From assembly GCA_050249195.1 (NCBI GenBank), contig JBFWQY010000020.1, positions 30,081 through 94,080 on the forward strand: a stretch of 64,000 nt of DNA, given 5' to 3'. Below are positions 45,458 through 54,919 of this stretch, one piece after another; positions within the stretch are counted from its first letter, which is position 1, and each line of letters opens with the position of its first letter. The notes below the pieces were generated by a model. That model ran no database searches and had not been told where the DNA came from. It was given only the letters and a program-made list of their open reading frames with translations. Source of the DNA: Bdellovibrionales bacterium (GTDB lineage: Bacteria > Bdellovibrionota > Bdellovibrionia > Bdellovibrionales > UBA1609). Both the position numbers and the translations under genes were made by a program.

Positions 45458-48362
45458 TGCTTTTCACTTTCACCAACACTTCAACCAGGTTGGGGTACGC
45501 TCCCCTCATATCTAGATAGGGAAGAGATTCATCGCCAAGATGGATTGCGTATAGCGTTTCACCCACGATGTCGCGCAAGACCCAAGCAATTTCACTTTTA
45601 TAGATGTTCCGGCCCACATGCCATCCCTTCCGGTCCTGCCCGCCTTGAACCGTGTCGAAGAATCGCCAGAGGCGCTCCTTGGCCTTCGCGAGCACGACGT
45701 CGCTGTCCTCACGAAACTCCGTGACTGTGATCTCAATCTTAAGGTCTCTCAACTCCGGATAGCAGGTCTTAATCCTGTTCGAAACAGAGCGGGAGATTAG
45801 ATATTCATCAATCTTGGTCAACAAAGAATCGTTCGTGTGCAGATCTTCAATCTTCTTTGGAACAACAATGATTTTTATCCTGTTGGTCTCGGTATCAAAA
45901 AAAGCCTGGCAGGTGTGAACCTCACTGAACGCTTCGATCACGATGTGCTCGAAATCGGAAAACGTCACTGGTCGATCAGAATGTTTGAACTTTCTCGGCG
46001 CCACCTGATAAAAGTCGTCCTCACTTACGGCCAACCGATAACCTGTCGGTCTCAGGAGATTCTGGCCTTCTTTGAGGCCGGGAATCTTTTTCGCGATCGC
46101 GTTGATCTCACCGGCACCAACTCCCGAAACACCGGGCGAAAGTTCCCTGAGTCCGATGATTGAGATATTTTTTGATCCCACCGGCGGCGACTTGCCTTTG
46201 ACGCCGTTACCGAACTGAATTTTACCTTCGGCGTGAAACAAGACGTAATGCCGATCGTTCGGTCCTGAGCTCAAGAAATTATCGACTCGTATCCATTCAA
46301 AGATCTTGCTGTCACGGCTCAAGCGCAGCCCAGACTCGCCACTATGGACAACCGGCTCATCAATCCAGACGCTCAGGCTCAGTACATCTTTCGCCACCAG
46401 ATCGATAGCTTGCCCAGGTCTGCCGGTACCACTGAAATAAAGAATATCCTGTTCTGTTCGAACTCCTTCTGCCTCAACCGTGTTGTTGTAAACACCGTTG
46501 ATCACCAGTTTGCGAATCTGCTCGACGGTCGGATCTCCGCCGTTGGGTCCGGGTGATAAACGCAGTTCCAAAATGAAGCTTTTCCTGTCGTCGTCAAAAT
46601 ACCATCCTTTCAAAGGCGGATGGATAATTCGCCCGCTTTTCGTCAGACCCAGAGTCCGGTCTTCGGAGCTGGTGATCTGCGTCCAATTATAGGCATTGCT
46701 TTTCCAGTACCAGTCCATTTTCAGATTCTGCACGAGATCTTTATTTTGTGGATCAACGAAGATGCACCATTCAACGGCTCTATCCTCGCAGACCTGATCG
46801 AATTCAAAGAAGAGACCAATGTGACTATGTTCAACTCTCAGAAGATTTCCGGGTTGACCAGCATCAAAGTCACCGACCGAAACGCTCTTTCCCCATTGCT
46901 GGTCGCCGACGGACTTCTCCATCACGATGTTCACAATTCTGACCCCGATCGCAATGAGTGGAAATCGCTTCAGGAGTTCGCCATAATCATATGGCGTTCT
47001 CTCGAGGCCTCTCTTTTCGAGAATGGCATTTAGATTGTCTATATTATCCTGAATGGGATTTTCCACGGTCGCTCGGAGCCAGCGTGCTTCGGTCCCTTGG
47101 ATCGTAGATAGGGGAATTCGGGGAATGGTAAACTCGAGATTCAAAAAAGGTGTCCCATCATCACGAGTGCCCGGCATGACTGAGGAGGTGTCGAACCCGG
47201 GAACCGCCGTCCAGAAAACACCGTCGAAGAACTCGAGTTTGGAAACCGACAGGTCACCCTCCAGGAGAAGGGCGACGATCTTGTCATCCACTTCAATGGC
47301 ATGGAAGTCCTTTGTCACCGGACTGAATATTTCATGAAAGATCTTAATGTCGATGGATATTCTCGCGCTGGATTCGGGCGTTGAGAGAGATTCCAATCCG
47401 CCAATATACAAGAAGTTACTTGTACCCGGGTTTAAATTAAAATGTTTGGAGTCGGCGCCGACGACAATTTTCTTTTCGCCAACAACAACCCCGGCTGGCG
47501 CCGAGCACTGGAAGAATGTGGCACTCCCAAAGTCCACATCCGTGATGACCTTCCCTTTTAAATTCAGCTTATTGACAATCTCAACCTGGAAATTCTCGCT
47601 CTCTGAAACTCGAATGGGGAGATAGACATAAGCCGAATTAGCCTCGTGTTCCGCGAGATCCTCTTCAATCCCCATCAGATTGAAAATGCCCTGTTTTCTC
47701 TCGCTCTCACCAGAACCGAACAGGCCCCCAAAGAGCACCGGCGAAACCTCCTCTCCGTCGATAAAGAACTTAAACAGGCCGGTAAACTGATCAAAGTTGC
47801 TACGCGCCCCCGATATTTTCATGTTCTTGAGCTGTAGGAACTGAAAACCGTCCTTTGGTATCTTCTCGTTGACGGTGAAAACCTGGCGGTAGGAAATATC
47901 GCTTCCGGATTCATCCTTTAGAGCGATTCGATCGGTGATTTGTCCATTGACGCCCGCGATCTTCCAGGTTCTTGAACGTGAATGGTCTTCGATCGTCACG
48001 CTCTTGATCGTGTTGTTGCGAGCCGTCAGGTCCTCGGTGGTTTCGAATGAAACATCAGGATTCTTTTCAGTGGTCAGCCTTGTACCTTTCGGCACCAGAA
48101 CTTCATCATAACCTTTGGCGAGCGTGAAATGAATCGGCGCCACCGCGCGCTCCGGAGGAAGAGACGATAGGCCGATGTTGTCACAGATGTAGCGAAAATA
48201 TTTTTCATCCAGAAGGTTACTTCTTGCGGCAAGCAAGCGAACAATCCGGTTAAGTGACATCAGCAAGGGATAAGACGGGTGTCCCTTCCGTAGTGGCAGG
48301 ACGGTCTCAATCTGGTGATTAATTTGCTCTTCGGTGCGGCGGTCAATGAAGAACCCGCTCAT
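45447..48362 (-). CDS. large baseplate wedge protein (Afp11 / gpJ-gp6 position)
   Basis: 971 aa with an ATGA overlap with gp25. The assignment is mainly positional. Confidence 0.6.
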   Translation of the reverse strand: MSGFFIDRRTEEQINHQIETVLPLRKGHPSYPLLMSLNRIVRLLAARSNLLDEKYFRYICDNIGLSSLPPERAVAPIHFTLAKGYDEVLVPKGTRLTTEKNPDVSFETTEDLTARNNTIKSVTIEDHSRSRTWKIAGVNGQITDRIALKDESGSDISYRQVFTVNEKIPKDGFQFLQLKNMKISGARSNFDQFTGLFKFFIDGEEVSPVLFGGLFGSGESERKQGIFNLMGIEEDLAEHEANSAYVYLPIRVSESENFQVEIVNKLNLKGKVITDVDFGSATFFQCSAPAGVVVGEKKIVVGADSKHFNLNPGTSNFLYIGGLESLSTPESSARISIDIKIFHEIFSPVTKDFHAIEVDDKIVALLLEGDLSVSKLEFFDGVFWTAVPGFDTSSVMPGTRDDGTPFLNLEFTIPRIPLSTIQGTEARWLRATVENPIQDNIDNLNAILEKRGLERTPYDYGELLKRFPLIAIGVRIVNIVMEKSVGDQQWGKSVSVGDFDAGQPGNLLRVEHSHIGLFFEFDQVCEDRAVEWCIFVDPQNKDLVQNLKMDWYWKSNAYNWTQITSSEDRTLGLTKSGRIIHPPLKGWYFDDDRKSFILELRLSPGPNGGDPTVEQIRKLVINGVYNNTVEAEGVRTEQDILYFSGTGRPGQAIDLVAKDVLSLSVWIDEPVVHSGESGLRLSRDSKIFEWIRVDNFLSSGPNDRHYVLFHAEGKIQFGNGVKGKSPPVGSKNISIIGLRELSPGVSGVGAGEINAIAKKIPGLKEGQNLLRPTGYRLAVSEDDFYQVAPRKFKHSDRPVTFSDFEHIVIEAFSEVHTCQAFFDTETNRIKIIVVPKKIEDLHTNDSLLTKIDEYLISRSVSNRIKTCYPELRDLKIEITVTEFREDSDVVLAKAKERLWRFFDTVQGGQDRKGWHVGRNIYKSEIAWVLRDIVGETLYAIHLGDESLPYLDMRGAYPNLVEVLVKVKSNGF

Positions 48363-48745
48363 GACCAGGCTCCCTCAGGATAAAAGGGAAAAACCAGGTT
48401 TGCGCTGCTGTTGGTTTCAATCAAAGTGTACTTGACCTCAATTTCGAATCTCGGATCCTCGGCGCCGTGTTTGGATCGCACCTCCACTTCGACATTCTTG
48501 ATCCGTGGCTCCCAGCGCCCCAGAGCTTTAACGATATTTTCTTTCATGACGCTGATCGTGTAGGCGTCGATCGAATTGAAAACCATATCATTGATGCCGC
48601 AGCCGAAATCGGGCCGCATGACCCTTTCTCCTCTGCGTGTCAGAAGAACGATCTTAATGGACTCTTTGATCGCCTTTTCATAGCTGACCTGTTCAAGATC
48701 GCGGGAAACGCCGACACCCAAAAAGTCCTTTTTCATTTCACCCAC
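48359..48745 (-). CDS. gp25/GPW-like baseplate wedge protein
   Basis: 128 aa. IKESIKIVLLTRRGERVMRPDFGCGINDMVF is the GPW/gp25 signature. Confidence 0.85.
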   Translation of the reverse strand: MGEMKKDFLGVGVSRDLEQVSYEKAIKESIKIVLLTRRGERVMRPDFGCGINDMVFNSIDAYTISVMKENIVKALGRWEPRIKNVEVEVRSKHGAEDPRFEIEVKYTLIETNSSANLVFPFYPEGAWS

Positions 48746-49100
48746 CTATAAACACCGTGCTGACCGCGATCACTGTTGATGTCGGTAAATCAGCCGGATC
48801 GTTGCAGGTCTTCACCTGGTCTCCGGACCTTGCCGCCGGTTTGCCGTTGATAAAGACGCTGGTGCTCCCCTGAACAACCGTGCCCTTGTTGCTGGCCGGC
48901 GAAGTTCCTGACATATGCGCGGTCGTGTTCTGCGCCTCACTGTCTTTGGTGGCCGCCGGAAAGCCCTGGATATTAACGTCTGAGCTTAGACCTCCACTAA
49001 TGAAGCCAACGAAGGGGAACGGAGCCGTGCTCCCATTCGGCAAAAGATGCGTATCTGTTCCGGTCACCTGATCATTTTGTTTGGCCGCAGGGTTACCCAT
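48738..49100 (-). CDS. PAAR-domain spike-tip protein
   Basis: 120 aa, containing GFPAATKDS and NGKPAARSGD PAAR-type motifs. Confidence 0.8.
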   Translation of the reverse strand: MGNPAAKQNDQVTGTDTHLLPNGSTAPFPFVGFISGGLSSDVNIQGFPAATKDSEAQNTTAHMSGTSPASNKGTVVQGSTSVFINGKPAARSGDQVKTCNDPADLPTSTVIAVSTVFIGG

Positions 49101-49110
49101 TTTTTCTTTC

Positions 49111-49719
49111 CTAATTCAAGTTGATCGCCGTTGCGTTGATCTTGACACTGGAACCATTGATTTCCATGCGGCTGGATCCGTTCTTGATCTCCGTCTTGCT
49201 TTTACTTTCAAACACAATCGTGTCCGCCTTCATCTCAATCTCGCCGTTTTCCGATTTGATGGTGATCTTCTTCTCGGAGATGATTTCAATGGCGCCATCC
49301 TTTATGTTCAATTTAATGGAATTCTTTCCCTCACCATCACTAATCAGGATGTACAGATCATCTTTGTTGTCGCTGAACTCAATCTTGTGGCTGGCGGTGG
49401 TTCTGATCACCTTCAGGTGGTTTTTGCCCTCTTGAACATCGGACGGGGGAGTGTCCTTGCCGTTCCATAAACTGCCGACAATGACGGGCTTCTGGAAGTT
49501 CCCCATTTGAAAGAAAACCAGCACCTCATCGCCGACCTCCGGAATAAACTGGATGCCGCGGTCTTTACCGGCAAAGGGCGCCGCGATACGCGCCCAGCCG
49601 CTCTCAATCTTCTCATCCAGCCATGGATACTTCACTTTCACTCGTCCAAGCTTGTCGGGGTCCTCGAGCGAGGTCACCAGAGCAATCACCGGTCCGGCTT
49701 GATTTCCTCTTTCGGTCAT
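49111..49719 (-). CDS. spike protein (gpV/VgrG-like OB-fold plus short beta-helix)
   Basis: 202 aa. LGRVKVKYPWLDEKIESGWARIAAPFAGKDRGIQFIPEVGDEVLVFFQMGNFQKPVIVGSLWNG is followed by repetitive beta-strand units (IEIISEKKITIKSENGEIEMKADTIVFES). Confidence 0.85.
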   Translation of the reverse strand: MTERGNQAGPVIALVTSLEDPDKLGRVKVKYPWLDEKIESGWARIAAPFAGKDRGIQFIPEVGDEVLVFFQMGNFQKPVIVGSLWNGKDTPPSDVQEGKNHLKVIRTTASHKIEFSDNKDDLYILISDGEGKNSIKLNIKDGAIEIISEKKITIKSENGEIEMKADTIVFESKSKTEIKNGSSRMEINGSSVKINATAINLN

Positions 49720-50750
49720 ATTCCAACCCTTAAAACGGACAGATCCGTTTCCAGATTATTCTGATAAAAGGTCTGCTTCACCTCGGAGATGAAGTATTTG
49801 CCGGCAAATTTGCCGAATCCCTTCAAATTGATATTGTCCGATATTCTCAGCTCCGGATTGCCCGAAATGGACAGCTTTCCTTTAACCGTATTCAAGGAGT
49901 TGCGAAAAAACCGGCCGCTGACAAATTCATCAGCCATCTGCTGATCGACCATCTCGGGATTGAAGAAATGGTTCTTGCGATCGCCGAAGCCACCGGAAAA
50001 CCGCTGGAAGGAGCTCTTCTCTTGTCCCATGGAGACCGGGCTTTCCGTTGCCGATTTTTTGGAACTGATGGATTCCTTCTTCATCTCATCCCAGCCGCCG
50101 TATTGATGATCCCCATACTCTTGACTGATCGCCATGTAAATTTCGCCGTCCCGGATGTCGCGCGGGAACTCAACATCGGCAACGGCCGTCGCCGAGAGAT
50201 CCGCTTTTTTGTAATGAAGCTCCTCATCCCGAACGTAAACGATAAAGCCCGTCAGCTCCATCCGACCAAGCAAAAATTGATAATCGGTAAGAGCGTGTTG
50301 GATGACGTTCTCATGCTTGCTTTTGGAGTCCTCCACCGAGCAGGAGATTCTGTTGGATCGAGCGATCTCCTCGACGATCTCCGAATCCTTTTTGTCGTTG
50401 TAAACGTTGGTCTTTTTTCCGAGCTTAAGACGATTCAGGTAATCGTGTCCTCGGATCACCACCTTGCCGCCATTTTTATCGAACTTCGGTTCCAGGGAAT
50501 AAATCTCGCCGATGATCAGCTGGCTTTGGTTCATCTGAATTTCGACTTTGTCACCCAGATTGAAGTGATCGAAGTTCAGATAATCCCAGCTCTTGTGTTG
50601 AACGGATTGGGCCATGAATTCAATGGAAAACATGCCCGGAACGCAGACTTCCTGATGGACGACAATTTCCGTGATCGTCTGCAAATCCGAGCTGGACAAC
50701 GGCTTGTTGTTCACCCGCACCATAGGCTTGAAAACCTGGACGTCGCTCAC
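49716..50750 (-). CDS. gpD-like (late control D) baseplate hub protein
   Basis: 344 aa. Position and N-terminal pattern (VRVNNKPLSSSDLQTITEIVVHQEVCVPGMFSIEF) match the gpD family. Confidence 0.7.
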   Translation of the reverse strand: MSDVQVFKPMVRVNNKPLSSSDLQTITEIVVHQEVCVPGMFSIEFMAQSVQHKSWDYLNFDHFNLGDKVEIQMNQSQLIIGEIYSLEPKFDKNGGKVVIRGHDYLNRLKLGKKTNVYNDKKDSEIVEEIARSNRISCSVEDSKSKHENVIQHALTDYQFLLGRMELTGFIVYVRDEELHYKKADLSATAVADVEFPRDIRDGEIYMAISQEYGDHQYGGWDEMKKESISSKKSATESPVSMGQEKSSFQRFSGGFGDRKNHFFNPEMVDQQMADEFVSGRFFRNSLNTVKGKLSISGNPELRISDNINLKGFGKFAGKYFISEVKQTFYQNNLETDLSVLRVGI

Positions 50751-51553
50751 GATTTCGGCTCCGTATCCGGGATAATGAGCTGTTTGCCGATGTGATCTCG
50801 GGGAAATGCCAATGGATCCGTGATCTCATTGACCCTGGCAATTTCCTTCCACTTAGAGGGATCTTTCATCTCGTTGGCGGCAATCAGATCCAGGCGCATG
50901 CCCTGGACGACCGTAAGAACTTTCCGGCAAGCCTCAAGGCCTAGCGCGTTCAATCCCTCATCATCGGTCATATAGGCTTTGAGCACCAAATTCACTTTTG
51001 CCCGTACAGGGATGCCGTCGGGCAAAAACATCGTGTACTTGATACTCAAATTTTCCAGGTGTCCGCGGTACTTGAAGTCGCCCCATTTAAAAATAAGCAC
51101 CGGAGGAGCTTTGGTCTGAGAATCATTGGGCTTATTCGATGCCGGTTGAAAAAGTGATTTGAGGTGTTTCACGCCGTAGATCATGCTACCGGCCTTCGGC
51201 AACAAGTTGGTCAGACCGAAGCCTCCCACTGTGCCTTGCCGATTTTCCCTGACGTCCACGGGACCGGCTGGAGTCGAATAGGAATCGAAAATCAGCTCCA
51301 AAGTCAGGTTGTCCCGGGTGTATCCCATAAATGCTGTTTTCGACTGATCGCTGCCCTCACCCCACTTGGTTGTATAACCTTCGACAAACTCGTTGGGATT
51401 AAACATGAACTCAAAAAACCCGTCTTTGGCGCCCGACTCGCCATCAACGAAACCGCTGAGACTGCGGTCGCTGATCTGCTCGCCAATCCCTTCGACGTAG
51501 ATACGCGCTTTGGTAAAGGATGTGAATCCCGAGGTGGCGGTGGTTAAGTCCAT
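50747..51553 (-). CDS. CIS tube-like / LysM domain baseplate hub protein
   Basis: 268 aa. The N-terminal half is tube-like (ARIYVEG…FEFMFNPNEF…LTLELIFDS). The C-terminus is LysM-like (RLDLIAANEM…WKEIARVNEITDPLAF..IGKQLIIP). Confidence 0.7.
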   Translation of the reverse strand: MDLTTATSGFTSFTKARIYVEGIGEQISDRSLSGFVDGESGAKDGFFEFMFNPNEFVEGYTTKWGEGSDQSKTAFMGYTRDNLTLELIFDSYSTPAGPVDVRENRQGTVGGFGLTNLLPKAGSMIYGVKHLKSLFQPASNKPNDSQTKAPPVLIFKWGDFKYRGHLENLSIKYTMFLPDGIPVRAKVNLVLKAYMTDDEGLNALGLEACRKVLTVVQGMRLDLIAANEMKDPSKWKEIARVNEITDPLAFPRDHIGKQLIIPDTEPKS

Positions 51554-52353
51554 AATCCCGCTCCCCGCATGGCCTCAATCCGTGACCTCTGCTGCAGACG
51601 TTTTAACACGTCCTTAGTGATCTCACCCGCATGTTGAGAAAGCTGATGACGGACCTGGTTGACGACGTTGACGGAGGTTTCCTGTCGGAACTCATTTCTT
51701 ATGTGAACGAGGGTCGAATCCATTTTTTGAATGAGAGTCTTCTCCAACGCGTAGAGGTCATTTTTATGACGATTTTCAATTTTGTAAGTTCTTTGATAAT
51801 GTTCATTTTTAACGCTGCTCGTTCTGTCCCTCGCTCCCGTGATCACACCATCAACGCCTGGAGAGACAACGGAAGCGTTCAATTGCAATTGTTTTTGGCT
51901 ATGCCCGCGGACAATGAGCAGTCGATCGTGAAATCTGTCAGCTCTGCTCGAAAGAAGAGACCGGCTGCTGAGGCTCAAAAGATTATGATACGTTCTGACC
52001 AGCCGGTACATGGACCTGTCATTTTGAATCCATCGTTCCTTATGCGGGTTCACAATTGAAAGTTTTCTGATGTGACGGATGCTCTGGACGGGCGATGAGC
52101 GTGTCACAGGATGAACTCGCGTCATATTTATGGCTGTGGACAGCTGCGGGCGGATGCAACGGTTGTGAGCAACTAAAATGGATTGGTAGACATTCAGTTT
52201 GTAAATCCGGTTCTGCACGACTTGAAGAATATTCCGCTGATTTCGAACCTCAATCGTTCGCTGGCGGAGGGCCGGTTGGGTCCGCGCCATCGGGGCGTGC
52301 CGCAAAGTCCGTTTCAAGTGGTAGGTCCTGAGTCGCAAACGTCCGCATCTCAT
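51544..52353 (-). CDS. highly basic protein in the tape-measure (Afp14) position
   Basis: 269 aa, rich in Arg/His/Lys/Asn/Gln. It is tightly packed between tube 2 (1-nt gap) and the LysM protein (10-nt overlap). The assignment is positional only. Confidence 0.4.
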   Translation of the reverse strand: MRCGRLRLRTYHLKRTLRHAPMARTQPALRQRTIEVRNQRNILQVVQNRIYKLNVYQSILVAHNRCIRPQLSTAINMTRVHPVTRSSPVQSIRHIRKLSIVNPHKERWIQNDRSMYRLVRTYHNLLSLSSRSLLSSRADRFHDRLLIVRGHSQKQLQLNASVVSPGVDGVITGARDRTSSVKNEHYQRTYKIENRHKNDLYALEKTLIQKMDSTLVHIRNEFRQETSVNVVNQVRHQLSQHAGEITKDVLKRLQQRSRIEAMRGAGLWT

Positions 52354-52354
52354 T

Positions 52355-52786
52355 CTACATCAGCCTCAAAATGCCATTATGGGTGAAAGTGATAGAGGCG
52401 ATGGCCATCTCACTTGCCGTGGCCTTCAGAATCGGCGCATCCCATTTGATAGGCACAGCTTCGAGCAGAGACCATGTCGCCTTAACTGAATTGCGCGCAT
52501 CCAACGCCGTAATGTGGATATTGCTGCGTAGGCCGTAGCCCCTAACCACGGCCTCGTGCCAAGCCAGCAGCTCGCGCGACCATGCCAGGCCCTGCTTTAA
52601 CGTCACGTCGCTATACTTGGTCGGACCGATCAGTGAGATCTCGGACTGGTTCAAGCCCCCGACTTTAATCTTTTCCACCGTCGTTTCAGCCGCAATAGCT
52701 GACACTTCCATAAAGCCGGCCACCGCGAGCCCCTCGATGGCCACTAGAAAGTTGTACGTCAAAAAGGGCTCGGTGCGCTCGATCAT
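52355..52786 (-). CDS. inner tube protein 2 (Afp5-like paralog)
   Basis: 143 aa. FLTYNFLVAIEGLAVAGFMEVSAIAAETTVEKIKVGG matches the tail-tube family. Confidence 0.8.
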   Translation of the reverse strand: MIERTEPFLTYNFLVAIEGLAVAGFMEVSAIAAETTVEKIKVGGLNQSEISLIGPTKYSDVTLKQGLAWSRELLAWHEAVVRGYGLRSNIHITALDARNSVKATWSLLEAVPIKWDAPILKATASEMAIASITFTHNGILRLM

Positions 52787-52950
52787 ACGTCGAAGATGTT
52801 CCTTTCTTCCTTAGCGCCCAACGACCGGTTGATGGCGCTGATTTCCTCGCACCATCGCAACCGGTCACGATGCTCCATCTGAAGGAGCCCGTTCATTCCC
52901 CAGTGAAAGTGATACGCAATGAAGGCGATTTCTTCATGCGCCTTCTTCAC
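52783..52950 (-). CDS. small conserved-looking protein (55 aa), translationally coupled
   Basis: The GTG at 52950 overlaps the upstream TGA (GTGA). The product is MKKAHEEIAFIAYHFHWGMNGLLQMEHRDRLRWCEEISAINRSL. Its stop overlaps the next ATG (ATGA). The track ORF extends to an upstream ATG at 53016. Confidence 0.5.
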   Translation of the reverse strand: MKKAHEEIAFIAYHFHWGMNGLLQMEHRDRLRWCEEISAINRSLGAKEERNIFDV

Positions 52951-53327
52951 TGGGTAAGTTGCGACTCCCCCGCGAAGGACACCTCCGTCTCGAACCGGTG
53001 CTGGCACTTCGGACATTCCGAGTGAAATTTAGCCGACGCGGATTCATTAATCCGATTGTAAAATTCCTGCAGAAAATAAAAATCTTTGGCATAAAGCCGT
53101 TCAATAAGCGCGGGGCTGATGTCCTTGATGTCCCCGAGACGCGTGATCACTCTCGAAAGCAAGATCACCGTCAAATAATCCTGATTCGCTTGCACCCTCG
53201 GATCGCGCAAGGGGAGAATCTCATCGGCAGCGGTCGCCAAACGCATAACGCCCTTACGGTGAAGTGTGCCGTCCTCGGACAGGAAACCCTTTGGCAGCTC
53301 AAACTCAAATTCCGTCCTGATCAACAT
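52947..53327 (-). CDS. tail-assembly-chaperone-like protein with a C-terminal CxxC
   Basis: 126 aa. GTLHRKGVMRLATAADEILPLRDPRV resembles the P2 gpE / Mu gp41-type chaperones. The C-terminus contains CPKCQHRFE. Confidence 0.55.
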   Translation of the reverse strand: MLIRTEFEFELPKGFLSEDGTLHRKGVMRLATAADEILPLRDPRVQANQDYLTVILLSRVITRLGDIKDISPALIERLYAKDFYFLQEFYNRINESASAKFHSECPKCQHRFETEVSFAGESQLTQ

Positions 53328-53344
53328 TTCGATTCTCCTCCCAA

Positions 53345-53779
53345 TTATTGAATGCGAGTGAAGCCTTCGTGAGCCAACTCAACGGTTTCCAGCAAGACCT
53401 CGCTGTTTTTGGCGTTGAAATCCGTGGCGTCGTATTTGACCGGCCAAGCTTCGAAAATGTTCCAGCGCGCCTTCTCCTGCCCGGTATCGTCGACCACCAA
53501 CAGGGAGATACTGCGGCGACTGTCGGGACTGTTCGTACCATGCTCTTCAATGATCTTGCGCCAATTGTAGAGCTCCATGTTGTCGGTCATTCCTCTTTTT
53601 AGTGTGATATTCCCGTACTTGGTGAGTCCGGCGATCTTTTTCAGCTTGGGAAGGTCCTTTCCCTCCCGATACTCCACCACGTCGCTGCTTGAATCCGGTG
53701 TGGTCGCCTCACTAAATGCCGCAACAACGATTTTGTCGATTTCGACACGAAAACGATAACCGAGATATGGATCTGCCAT
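53345..53779 (-). CDS. inner tube protein 1 (T4 gp19 / Afp1-like)
   Basis: 144 aa. MADPYLGYRFRVEIDKIVVAAFSEATTPDSSSDVVEYREG is the tail-tube signature. Confidence 0.85.
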   Translation of the reverse strand: MADPYLGYRFRVEIDKIVVAAFSEATTPDSSSDVVEYREGKDLPKLKKIAGLTKYGNITLKRGMTDNMELYNWRKIIEEHGTNSPDSRRSISLLVVDDTGQEKARWNIFEAWPVKYDATDFNAKNSEVLLETVELAHEGFTRIQ

Positions 53780-53791
53780 TCCTAAACTCCT

Positions 53792-54916
53792 TTATGACTG
53801 TGTACTTTGAACCAGTTTAATAATGATGAATTCCGCCGGTCGGCTGGGTGCCATGCCGATCTCAATATTCAACTTTCCCGCGTCTCTCTCCGAGGGCGGA
53901 TTGTTTTCCTCACTGATCTTCACGTAGAAAGCTTCGTTTTCTTTGTTCCCAACCAGCGCGCCACGCAGCCAAAGATTTCGCAGGAAAGCCGTAATGCTGC
54001 GGTGGACGGTCCCCCAGAGAGCTTTATTGTTGGGTTCGAAGACCACCCATTGAAGGCTTTCCGTGATGGACTGCTCAGCAAATATAAAGAGACGTCGCAC
54101 GCTAATATGGGCGAATTCACCGGCTTCCATAGTCCGTGCACCCCAAATTGTTGTTCCGTATCCATCCAACGTACGGATCAGGTTTAACTTAAAATTGTCG
54201 AGCGAAGTGTTGAAGGCAGCATCATGCTGATTCTGGCTGACCTTCGTCTGCACCCCGATTGCGGGAAGAACACCGTGCTGAGTTCCGGCGGCGACTTGAT
54301 GAACGCCAACGTCGTTATCCACCTTCCCATACTGAGCGGCGATCAATCCGCTCGGCGGGATAAACTCGGCACCGTTGAGTGTCACCCAAGGGAAATAGGC
54401 GGCAGCGTAAGAAGAGGCCGTCAGGCCCGCGAAATAGGTGAGGGCCGCGTTGTAGGTCATATCCGCCGGCGGATCGATCAAAATAAACAGGTCCTTCCGG
54501 GTATCCGCATAAGCTTTGATCTTGGCGTAAGCCGCGGCGTGCGCGGTGGTATCCTCGGTCAGTCCGGGAAAGGCGATCAGACTCAGAGACTTGTTGCGAT
54601 CCAAGGCCGTCGCCAGAGTCTCTGAGAACGATTCTTCGTCGGCACCATTGACATGAGCCAGGTAACAAAAGCTGCCGCCCGCCACAAAGTAACTGCCCAT
54701 CACCTTTTTCAGGCGCAATGAGGATTCGTCATTTGCGGTCACGTAACGATCCACGTCGCCGATCTTTGCGATCAGCTTCAGCTCTCCGTGAGCAATTTCG
54801 CCTGTGGTATCAACATCAACCCCCACAAAGGCGGTCAGACTCGTGCTGGCCATGGCAACGGGCCTGTCCATACTTCCGCCACTTTCAAAACGAATTCCTG
54901 GTGCGTAGTTTGGCAT
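53792..54916 (-). CDS. contractile sheath protein 2 (paralog)
   Basis: 374 aa. APGIRFESGGS…STSLTAFVG and the C-terminus GKLNIEIGMAPSRPAEFIIIKLV match the sheath family. Confidence 0.85.
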   Translation of the reverse strand: MPNYAPGIRFESGGSMDRPVAMASTSLTAFVGVDVDTTGEIAHGELKLIAKIGDVDRYVTANDESSLRLKKVMGSYFVAGGSFCYLAHVNGADEESFSETLATALDRNKSLSLIAFPGLTEDTTAHAAAYAKIKAYADTRKDLFILIDPPADMTYNAALTYFAGLTASSYAAAYFPWVTLNGAEFIPPSGLIAAQYGKVDNDVGVHQVAAGTQHGVLPAIGVQTKVSQNQHDAAFNTSLDNFKLNLIRTLDGYGTTIWGARTMEAGEFAHISVRRLFIFAEQSITESLQWVVFEPNNKALWGTVHRSITAFLRNLWLRGALVGNKENEAFYVKISEENNPPSERDAGKLNIEIGMAPSRPAEFIIIKLVQSTQS

Positions 54917-54919
54917 TTT

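Noticed and set aside
52947-53016. Programmed ribosomal frameshift joining the chaperone-like ORF to the overlapping ORF (phage G/GT analogy).
   Set aside because: The second frame is +1 (not -1), and I could find no slippery heptamer in the 70-nt overlap. The GTGA start/stop overlap at 52947-52950 gives a simpler coupling explanation. It is kept as an open alternative in the findings.
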